From: Cyanidioschyzon merolae
Lineage: Eukaryota
Assembly: GCA_000091205.1 (NCBI GenBank)
Contig: AP006488.2
DNA: 64,000 nucleotides
Strand: one strand, 5' to 3'
The translations under genes were made by a program, and so were the position numbers. Of the stretch, positions 33,744 through 42,020 are shown one piece after another. The stretch's first letter is position 1. Each line of letters begins with the position of its first letter. The notes under the pieces are model-generated. The model worked only from the letters and a program-made list of their open reading frames with translations. It had not been told where the DNA came from and made no database searches.

Positions 33744-34502
33744 ATGAAGGAGATCTGTCCGGAGTTCGATGAACGGAAGACAGAGTTCACCGCTGAAAAC
33801 CGGGAGACGTACTTGAAGAGTATCCTCAATTTCAAACGTCTCAAAGTAAGCAAGAAAAAGAAATTCACTGGGATGATCGAAACCGATGGAGTATCTATAT
33901 GTGTACACGATCGGCGGTTGAAGGTGGATCGTCCAGTCCTGCCTTCAGCCTCGCCCGTGACGAAGCATGAAGGTGAGAAGGAGGCGGATCCTGCGATGCA
34001 GGAGTTGGAGGATAACGACCTTGGCGTTGACGTGGCGAAGCATGAAGAAAAGGAGAAGGCTGTTCCTGTGACTCAGGAGATAGAGCATAACGACCTTGTC
34101 GTTGACGTGACGAAGGATGAAGAAAAGAAAGAGGCGGATCCTGTGATGCAGGAGATGGAGGGGAACGACCTTGTCGTAGGCGCGGCGAATCATGAAGATG
34201 AGAAGGAAGCGAATCCTACCACGCAGAAAGCGCATGAGAACGACTTTGTAGTTGGCGCGGACCCCGGAAGCACAAATATCATAACCATCGCTGCTCCCAA
34301 GCTCGCGGAAGATGGTATTGACGGGAACTTGCGTCAGAAATATATGCGTCTTCTGCGGCTCTCGAGAGCGAGATACTATCGACAATCGGGAATCATGAAT
34401 GCGAGGAAGAAAATCGTTACGTGGAATGTAGGAATGAAAGAGCACCTGGAAGCTCTGAGTGAGGTGACGAGCCGAGGAGCGGACTTTCGAGCTTTTCGGT
34501 GA
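33744..34502 (+). pseudogene. Fanzor/TnpB-like nuclease, middle segment with RuvC-I motif and 25-aa tandem duplications
   Basis: GADPGSTNIITIAAPK is preceded by four 25-aa acidic repeats (…KHEGEKEADPAMQELEDNDLGVDVA / KHEEKEKAVPVTQEIEHNDLVVDVT / …). It ends in a stop that is frame-shifted relative to the next segment. Confidence 0.5.
33956..34255. repeat. 75-bp tandem repeat x4 inside the Fanzor-like ORF
   Basis: The period is 75 (cgtgacgaagcatgaag… at 33956, 34031, 34106, 34181). It encodes 25-aa repeats ending in NDLVV/NDFVV. Confidence 0.85.
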
Positions 34503-35365
34503 TTCATGGAAGTTCGCGTTGCGCATTGGGATGCGCTATGGGAGGAGTATACCAAGCCCCGGTGGGCTCGTCTGCGTATGAATCGATACGGTGGGAAGCA
34601 GCGGGCGTTCGCGAATTTTTCAATCAGCCGAGCGCCTTGAAGGAGGATCAAAGTCAGAGGCTCGTAGTAGCGTATGGGGCACGGAGCTGGAAGACCAAAA
34701 AAGGGTGTACGCCAGCTCCAACGACAAGGGTGTACAAGGAGTGCGCACGGCGTTTCGTTACAATACCTGTAGATGAGTTTCGAACATTGTATACACACCA
34801 TGAACTGGGTTGTACACTTCAGCGAGTGGAGATGGAAAAGTGCCACAGGAGCCCTGAGGAAATAGCAAAATACGGACCGTTGACGGAGGAGCAAATGGAA
34901 AGGAGGGTGAACGTTCGTGGATTACTTGCACTAGTAAGTACAACCAGTGATGGCAAGAAACGTATGGAGTTTGTGAATCGTGACTTTAATGCCGCAATCA
35001 ATGTACGGAGATGTGCGGTGCTGGAGAATAGACTTCCAGAGTCGACAAGAGTGAACTTTGTTGGACAACCTCTCAAAGTCGAATTATATGAGAAAAAGTT
35101 GGAAGCAGTCGTAGGTGGCCGGTCGAGAAACGGCGGGAAGGCGTCTGCACATCAGCTGGACACGTTATGTCTAGGGCGCGGTTTTCCCGCCACTACGGTA
35201 CACTGTCGGCGACGTCGTTCGACTTTCGAACGGCGTTTGGAGGCGCGGCTTTGGCGGGAAACGCTTGGTGGGCGCTATCTGCTCCAAACGCTCTGTGTTC
35301 AACGTCATACGGTTTACGTTTTGACGCTTCATGGATTGGCACGCGGCTCCAGTTTACTATACTGA
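34499..35365 (+). pseudogene. Fanzor/TnpB-like nuclease, C-terminal segment (Cys-rich region + RuvC-III D-x-NAAINV)
   Basis: GTG-initiated ORF in a different frame from the upstream segment. It has the NRDFNAAINVRRCAVLEN motif. The tail after ~35160 is read-through into the MCM5 5' region. Confidence 0.5.
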
Positions 35366-37637
35366 TCAGGGTGTTGGAGTACCAGGTGCTGAAGAGCAAA
35401 GTGGAAATGTTTCTATCCAAGAACGGCGAATCATTGAGTTCTTGCTGCAGTTTCGCTCAGCTCCAAACGTGTTCCCTTATCGCGATCAGCTTGTGCGCCA
35501 GCTGCACGCTCGCAAGCACTGGATTCAGATCAAGATAGAGGACGTGTACGCCTTTGATGAAGAACTGGCTGGGTATATTCGCCAAGCGCCTAACGAATGG
35601 ATAGAGCGCTTGGAGCAAGCAGTCGATCGGGTGGTACGTCGGCTGCGGCTGCCGCTGGACCACGAGATAGGCGGTGTTTCGGTGCAGGTGTTGCTGCAGT
35701 CCCAGGAGAACGCATTTCCGTTGAGGGAACTCCAGTCCGATCAGCTGGGGCGCCTTGTGCGTGTACAAGGCATTGTTATTTCCGCTTCAAAAGTACGCGC
35801 GAAAGCGCAGGTCGTCTGGTTACGTTGCCAGCACTGTGACTACCGAAAGATGATACGTGCTTCAGTGGGATTCGGTGGTTTCCAGGTGCCCCGCCAATGC
35901 GATCGTGTGACGGAAATGCGTTGCCCTCTGGACTCGTATGAGGTGATGCCGCATGAAAGCGTGTTTGTTGATCACCAGACAGTGAAGCTGCAGGAGCTGC
36001 CCGAGTCGGTACCCACTGGGGAGGTCCCTCGATCGCTCCTGCTCGTTCTCGAGCGGAATCTGATTGATAGAGTAGCTCCTGGTGAGCGCGTCAGCGCTGT
36101 CGGTGTTTACTCGACATACGCCAGCACTCGTGATCGGAGCAGTCGTTCTGTGGCAGCTAACATTGCCACAAGGGCTAGCGGACCAGACCTTGTAGCAGCG
36201 GTGAGAACTCCGTATATCCGAGTCCTCGGCATTGATGCTACGCAGGAAAGACGTGACCGTCATCCAGGCTTTACCCCGGAGGAAGAGGAAGCCATGCGCA
36301 GCTTGAGTCGACTGCCAAACGTGTACGAAGTCTTGGCGGCGAGCATTGCCCCAGAAATCTGGGGTCTCTCCGATCCAAAACGTGCGGTATTGTGCCAACT
36401 ATTCGGTGGCTCTCGTAAGACGCTTCCAGACGGAATGAGAATTCGAGGCGATATCAATGTGCTTCTTCTGGGCGATCCGTCTACCGCAAAATCACAGCTG
36501 CTCAAGTTTGCGGAGAAGGTCGCACCGGTCTCCGTGTATACGAGCGGCAAAGGCTCTTCCGCCGCAGGGCTGACCGCCTCTGTTATTCGAGACGCCACGC
36601 ATGGTGAATTCCATCTCGAAGGCGGTGCGATGGTGCTAGCTGACGGTGGTATCGTCTGCATTGACGAGTTTGACAAGATGCGCCTCGCAGACCGTGTCGC
36701 CATCCACGAGGCCATGGAGCAGCAGACCATTTCCATCGCCAAGGCCGGGATCACCACCGTGCTGAACTCGCGCACGGCAGTTTTGGCGGCAGCGAATCCT
36801 CTTTTTGGTTCGTTTGACGATACGCGCACTGTAGCGGATCAGATGGAGTTTGCATCCACGATTCTTTCTCGTTTCGACCTCATATTTCTGGTCCGCGACG
36901 TGCGCAATGATGAACGTGATCGAACGATTGCCCGACATGTACTAGCGCTGCATCAACGGGGCCACAGTCTGCGCCCGCAGGGCTCTGGACTCGATTCGGC
37001 TGGTGATATCAGCGATTCAGGAATGCTGTCTTTGTCACCGAACGGTGCTAGCGAGTTCACCTCCAGCCAGATGCTGAACGCCGTTGGTCTTGTCCCGATC
37101 GACAAGTTGCGTCGCTATGTCGCCTACGCCAGACGCCGTTGCCGACCACGCCTCTCCGCAGAGGCTGCTGACCTACTACGAACAGCGTACGTGGCAGTAC
37201 GCCAGGAGCTGCGCGATCGTACGGCAGATGGACCGACTCCTGTACCGATTGCGGTACGCCAGCTGGAATCCCTCATCCGCTTGACCGAGGCGTTGGCCAA
37301 GATGCGCCTGAGCGATCTTGCATCAGCTGCTGATGCCGAAGAGGCACTGCGGCTTTTCCGAGTCGCCACCATGGCCGCAGCGCACGCAGGTGCGCTACCT
37401 CCTGGTGCCTTTGAGGGTACCCTGAGCGGGGAATTTCTCATTGAGGTTCAAGCAGCCGAAGCAGCAATTCGGCGGCGCATCGCCATTGGTTCCATGCTCG
37501 CTTTGAACCGGCTGGTACGTGAACTCACCCAGCAGCATCTGTCTGCAGCGGCGACCCAGCGGGCGATCCAGATCATGCTCGGGCGACAGGAGCTCGAATG
37601 GCGTCGACAACGGACAGTACTGTGCCGTTTACGGTGA
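35331..37637 (+). CDS. MCM5: DNA replication licensing factor MCM5, 768 aa
   Basis: The MCM5-type N-terminus is MDWHAAPVYYTD…RRIIEFLLQFR. The Walker A motif is GDINVLLLGDPSTAKSQLLKF. The Walker B / arginine finger region is CIDEFDKM…SRFDLIFLV, with the MCM box and C-terminal winged helix. Confidence 0.9.
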   Translation: MDWHAAPVYYTDQGVGVPGAEEQSGNVSIQERRIIEFLLQFRSAPNVFPYRDQLVRQLHARKHWIQIKIEDVYAFDEELAGYIRQAPNEWIERLEQAVDRVVRRLRLPLDHEIGGVSVQVLLQSQENAFPLRELQSDQLGRLVRVQGIVISASKVRAKAQVVWLRCQHCDYRKMIRASVGFGGFQVPRQCDRVTEMRCPLDSYEVMPHESVFVDHQTVKLQELPESVPTGEVPRSLLLVLERNLIDRVAPGERVSAVGVYSTYASTRDRSSRSVAANIATRASGPDLVAAVRTPYIRVLGIDATQERRDRHPGFTPEEEEAMRSLSRLPNVYEVLAASIAPEIWGLSDPKRAVLCQLFGGSRKTLPDGMRIRGDINVLLLGDPSTAKSQLLKFAEKVAPVSVYTSGKGSSAAGLTASVIRDATHGEFHLEGGAMVLADGGIVCIDEFDKMRLADRVAIHEAMEQQTISIAKAGITTVLNSRTAVLAAANPLFGSFDDTRTVADQMEFASTILSRFDLIFLVRDVRNDERDRTIARHVLALHQRGHSLRPQGSGLDSAGDISDSGMLSLSPNGASEFTSSQMLNAVGLVPIDKLRRYVAYARRRCRPRLSAEAADLLRTAYVAVRQELRDRTADGPTPVPIAVRQLESLIRLTEALAKMRLSDLASAADAEEALRLFRVATMAAAHAGALPPGAFEGTLSGEFLIEVQAAEAAIRRRIAIGSMLALNRLVRELTQQHLSAAATQRAIQIMLGRQELEWRRQRTVLCRLR

Positions 37638-37937
37638 GGAGAAGCAAGGTGAGCGTGTGCATTGCCCCCGGATACCTCGCAGCAACCTGCTGCAACCCGA
37701 CATTCGCGAGCGCGTCTTGAAACCGAGCATACCACGCGGCACCAACTCGTGCCACTGGCGCTGCTGGTGTTGCGCGTTTCGCGAAGAGCCCGTCACCACC
37801 ACCTGGGCGTCGCTGTACGCCCGCTACCAGTCCCTGAAACGGCTCAGTGCTCGAGCACCTACATGGAATCAGTGCAGCATCCACCACGACCCGAAGGTCA
37901 TGTTCGTCACCTTGCTCACGCTCGTTTCCAGAACCGA

Positions 37938-40900
37938 TCACCCGCGATGCTCGTTTTCAGCATGCGCTTCCGCGAACGCTGCAAGTGCTTCGCGCAGTTC
38001 CGCCGACTCCCTCAGCGCTCGGTCTAGAACAGCGCTCGGTAGATGCGCCACCACGAGACTCGCGCTCTGTGGCATCAGCAACACACATGCCCGAATAAAA
38101 CCCGGCCATAGTTTTGGATATTCCCAGATACGACGCTCAGTGACCAGCGTTGTGAGCAGTTGCAGGATGAGGTGTTGGGTCTTGGGGTACCGCGCCACCA
38201 CCTGAAGCAGCGTTCGCATGAGCATCACCGGCAGCGGGTGCGGGGAACGCACCATACTCTGCAGGGCACTTGCCCAGCACTGCGCAGTGAATATCGTGTC
38301 CATCTCGAAGCAGGTTTGCACCGCCTCAATCTGGAGTTTCAGCGGAATCGCCTCGGACTTGGAGTCGAGACGATGCAGGGCCTCGACAAGCGCGCTCGGT
38401 GTCAGCGGTGGCGTGGTACGTCCACTGGCAACCAGCACCAGACGTTCCCAGGCAAGTCGTCGTTGATCAGCGTCCAGCTGTTGGACGAGTGACGGGAGCA
38501 CTTGCCGAGCCTGCTCCGCGGACAGTGCCCTGAGTACCGGCAACAAGAGCAGCAGCGATACGCGCCCTTCGCGCTGATACCGCTGCCATACCGCATCGAC
38601 TAGCGATGACGGCAGTTTGCCTGTCTGGTTGAACAGCGTTTCCGCGACCAGTTCCACGATCTGGACAATCAGTGGACTGGTTTCCGGGATCGGTGCCTCT
38701 CGGATAAGCGCTTCGAGACGATCGCTCGTCGCCGACCAACGGAAGAGCGCTCGATCGCCACAGAGACGCTGCAAGCTCGCGGCAAGTGACGCATCGGTGC
38801 TCGCTCGTGCGTACAGTTCATTCACGTAAAACTCGAGTAGCGTCACGTCGTGTCGGACCAGTGCGAGATACGTCGCAGCGAGACGTTCCAAACGCAAACG
38901 ATATCGTTCAGCTGCTGGTGACGGTGAAGCGTTCAGCAGGGCACGTTCCAGGGCCTTGCTCAGCCACAACTGGAGTCGGTGCGCGATCCACGGTGCTAGG
39001 AGCGCATGCTCAGCAAAAAGCGTGTCCGCAACGAGCCGTGAGGCCGGTCCCCGCACCAGTTCATCATCAGAACAGCAGAGTTCAAGCGTTGTGTCCAGGG
39101 CACGCTCGCGATCGACACTGTAACGTAGGGTGCAGAGCTCCTTGAGCGCAGCCAGGGCAGAGAAAGCCCGACGGGGTTCCGTTGCCATCTGCGACAAGAG
39201 CACATACACCCATGGAGGCACGCGAGGTAACTCAGCGAGGAAACGGGCTAGGAGTGAGTCGGGAACTTTGGCATGAGATGTGAGACGCTCAAGTAGAGTA
39301 TCCAGCAGACGCTCGTAGCGTGCTTCGGGGAATGCGGTATCCGATTCGGCTATGGCAAGGAGCGAAGCACTTTTGTCCTCGTCGAGCAGCGCAGACTCGC
39401 GTAGCGCCTTGGCGACGCGAGCGCGTATAACGCCCAGCTCCGCTGTATGTAAAGCGGGGTCAGCTGGTGTCAACATGGGTAATGCGGTGTCAGGAATGCG
39501 TTGAGCAGTATCAGTATGAGCAGCAGCAGCAGCAGCAGCAGCGAGAGTTGATGACGGTGACTCTGACGATGCTGACGCCAGGTCCATCTGCGACGCTTGC
39601 GGCTTGACGGGCTTGTCCGCGTCTTGCGGTGTGTCGGTAGACGCTTGATTGCTGCTGGCGTCCGAGGTCTCGACAGCAGCATCTGTAGACGCGGCACGTT
39701 CGCCTACCTCTGCACTCAGACGCTGGCGCTCTTCGGCACGCGCATGAAGCAATCGCTCTAGGAGCACTTTCTTGGTGCCCTTGGCATCCAGATGGCGCCT
39801 TGCCAGTTCCGCCCTCAATGCTGCAACGGTTAGCCGCTTCGCTTTGCTCTCATCCAGGTCGACGTCCAGCTGTTCAGGCATTGCTGTATTCGGTGCCTCC
39901 TTCGGTGCTGCACCTGTTTGATTGGAATTCGCGGACGCTGACTGGTGTACGCGGGATGCGTCCGCAGCAGGCGCAGACTTGTCATCCGTGTCTCTTGAAT
40001 GGTCGTGAGCTGGCAGCTCGCGCTTCACTCCTGCAGCGTTGCCATTGGTGGCATCCACCGCAGCAAGCGTCTCCGCAGTCGGTATTCTATCGTCGCGCTC
40101 AGTGCCGGGTTCAGCAGCCGCGTCACGCTGCCAAGGCGCCGCGAGTCGCTCCCGCTTTGAGGCAGAAGCATCTAGATCAGCGCGTATCTCGCTGTGCGAG
40201 CGTTTCAGCCCACGGGGCGGCTCTTCAGGTGCTCCCCGCAGCTCAGCATCGCATGCGACCAGCGCCGTGAGCCATCGCAACGCCAGCTCCATTCGACCGG
40301 AAAAGTCTTGCACGATAAAGTCGACAACTTCCTCGCTAAGCGAGGATTCTCCATAGCTTGCCTGTGCGAGCAGGCGTGCCAACAAGGAGAGGCGCAGGTC
40401 GTTGGCCCCGCAGAGCTCCATGGCGTCCTCGGCCTGCAAGAGGCGCCGCACCGCTTGCTCTCCCAGCGTTTCCCATTGTTCCGCGGTTAGCGGAAGCGCT
40501 CGTACTTCTGGCGCCTGAGCCCGTATTACAGGACGACGTCGTTTCACCTCTTCTGCAAGGAGCGTTTTCAAATGCTTACGGATGCTCTCCACTTGCGTAC
40601 GCTGACTCTGTTGTGCTGCAAGAACCTGCGCTCGGAGCCTCGGATCCATGCGACTGCTCTCGTCGTCGGGTGCAGCCTGTATCGGGCGGCTCGTGGGCAT
40701 TTGCCGCAGCGTCTCCAGCACAAGCTCTTCCAAACTTGCAGGTGAGACAGCGCTCCTCGTGACAAGGAGACGAGCGACCTGCTCACTGTCCTCCAGCTGG
40801 CGACACGTCGGCCCGTCTTGCACAACCCGGCTCCAGGGCGCAACGCTGCCCTGCTGGAGCGCAAGTTGCCGCTCACATTCCTCGGCAGTATTCGCAGCAG

Positions 40901-42020
40901 CTTCTGCCTGATCCTCAGCGCCGAATAGCTCCAATGCAGCATACAGTTCCTCCTTGAACGGCAGCATATGCGGACAGCGCAAGAGACAGAGAAAGAGGAT
41001 TCGCATGTTCAGTGCGATGGACTGTTTCTGCGAAATCCTTCTCACATGCAACGATTCCTTGAACGCCACATCATACAGCGGCACTAGCGTACGCACTGCG
41101 AGTTCTGCTCGTCGACGAGCGATGCTCGCCAACGAGGAGGCTCTCGTCAGCAACGGCACGAACGAGGCGCCAGCTGGCGTCTCCGCCAGACGCGAGAGCG
41201 CCTGCTCTACCCATTCCTGGCACTTCACCGGGCTGATGACATCGGCAAGTCGTGCAGCATCCCGCCCTGAGAAGGAGCGTGAGCTCCAGTCCACTGGCGA
41301 AAAAGTGAAGGAGAGCACAACGAGTTCAGCGAGTTTGAAAAGCTGTGACTGAAGGCGCGCGATGCCACTTGCGTCTGCGAATGTATCCGCAGCGAAAACA
41401 CGGTCCAGCAGCTGCGCAACATCCGCTGCAACCTGCTGCCGAGGCTGCTCTAGCGGTTCAGGGCGATGCTGGACCTCTTCTGCAGCAGTTGTGGTCCGGC
41501 TGGCACCCAGCAAAGTCCAGTCTTCGCAGGTGAGTGCCTCCAGAATAGTGCGAAGTGAGCGCAGCAACGAGTTCACCAGTAACAGCAGTCGCATGCGCCT
41601 GAGAGGAGCCTCCGGGTTCTCGACAAGGCGCCGAAGCGTTGCAGTAGCTGCCCCAAGAACAGCTGCTCCGTTTACTGGGAGACTTTTTGCCAGCAGCGTG
41701 GCGAGGTGTCGCGGCCACTCGGCGACGCAACTCGACAACCAGGGCGCATCAGAGCCAGCTTGCGAGGTAGTGCCCAAGTCTTGCTCGATCCAGTCGATGG
41801 GTTCCTTGAGCAGATGCGGAATCAGCGCAGCAGTTCGCTGTACGTGTTCGTTCGGTTCATAGGAGACTGCGCGGTACCACCAGAGCGGGTGCTCTGGTGG
41901 CAGGAGGCGCGAGGTTTGCTCGCTGGCCTCAACCCAGCGTTTCCATCGCTCAGAGCTCTGGGTTGTCTCTGGTTTGGATTCTGAGCTTCCATCCATGTGG
42001 TTTCGAGCGTCACCGCACAC
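37938..42020 (-). CDS. SYMPK: Symplekin/Pta1-like 3'-end processing scaffold (HEAT-repeat protein) with an internal SAP motif
   Basis: The C-terminus has ERRIWEYPKLWPGFIRACVLLMPQSASLVVAHLPSAVLDRALRESAELREALAAF, which matches the conserved Symplekin_C block (…[34 protein letters not shown]…ELREPL…). The whole protein is helical. The SAP-like segment is LDESKAKRLTVAALRAELARRHLDAKGTKKVLLERLLHA. Confidence 0.65.
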   Translation of the reverse strand: MCGDARNHMDGSSESKPETTQSSERWKRWVEASEQTSRLLPPEHPLWWYRAVSYEPNEHVQRTAALIPHLLKEPIDWIEQDLGTTSQAGSDAPWLSSCVAEWPRHLATLLAKSLPVNGAAVLGAATATLRRLVENPEAPLRRMRLLLLVNSLLRSLRTILEALTCEDWTLLGASRTTTAAEEVQHRPEPLEQPRQQVAADVAQLLDRVFAADTFADASGIARLQSQLFKLAELVVLSFTFSPVDWSSRSFSGRDAARLADVISPVKCQEWVEQALSRLAETPAGASFVPLLTRASSLASIARRRAELAVRTLVPLYDVAFKESLHVRRISQKQSIALNMRILFLCLLRCPHMLPFKEELYAALELFGAEDQAEAAANTAEECERQLALQQGSVAPWSRVVQDGPTCRQLEDSEQVARLLVTRSAVSPASLEELVLETLRQMPTSRPIQAAPDDESSRMDPRLRAQVLAAQQSQRTQVESIRKHLKTLLAEEVKRRRPVIRAQAPEVRALPLTAEQWETLGEQAVRRLLQAEDAMELCGANDLRLSLLARLLAQASYGESSLSEEVVDFIVQDFSGRMELALRWLTALVACDAELRGAPEEPPRGLKRSHSEIRADLDASASKRERLAAPWQRDAAAEPGTERDDRIPTAETLAAVDATNGNAAGVKRELPAHDHSRDTDDKSAPAADASRVHQSASANSNQTGAAPKEAPNTAMPEQLDVDLDESKAKRLTVAALRAELARRHLDAKGTKKVLLERLLHARAEERQRLSAEVGERAASTDAAVETSDASSNQASTDTPQDADKPVKPQASQMDLASASSESPSSTLAAAAAAAAHTDTAQRIPDTALPMLTPADPALHTAELGVIRARVAKALRESALLDEDKSASLLAIAESDTAFPEARYERLLDTLLERLTSHAKVPDSLLARFLAELPRVPPWVYVLLSQMATEPRRAFSALAALKELCTLRYSVDRERALDTTLELCCSDDELVRGPASRLVADTLFAEHALLAPWIAHRLQLWLSKALERALLNASPSPAAERYRLRLERLAATYLALVRHDVTLLEFYVNELYARASTDASLAASLQRLCGDRALFRWSATSDRLEALIREAPIPETSPLIVQIVELVAETLFNQTGKLPSSLVDAVWQRYQREGRVSLLLLLPVLRALSAEQARQVLPSLVQQLDADQRRLAWERLVLVASGRTTPPLTPSALVEALHRLDSKSEAIPLKLQIEAVQTCFEMDTIFTAQCWASALQSMVRSPHPLPVMLMRTLLQVVARYPKTQHLILQLLTTLVTERRIWEYPKLWPGFIRACVLLMPQSASLVVAHLPSAVLDRALRESAELREALAAFAEAHAENEHRG

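Larger units (their letters stand above)
32979..35160 (+). mobile_element. Fanzor/TnpB-like (OMEGA RuvC nuclease) element, copy A; coding region split over 4 frames (32979..33227, 33202..33675, 33744..34502, 34499..35365)
   Basis: The RuvC-I-like segment is NDFVVGADPGSTNIITIA (33744..34502 ORF). The RuvC-III signature is MEFVNRDFNAAINVRRCAVL, preceded by a Cys-rich region (KKGC…KECARR…GC…KCH) in the 34499..35365 ORF. Two other partial copies are in the window. Nucleotide homology to copy C ends at ~35155. The stop codon present in copy C is mutated here, giving read-through to 35365. Confidence 0.6.
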
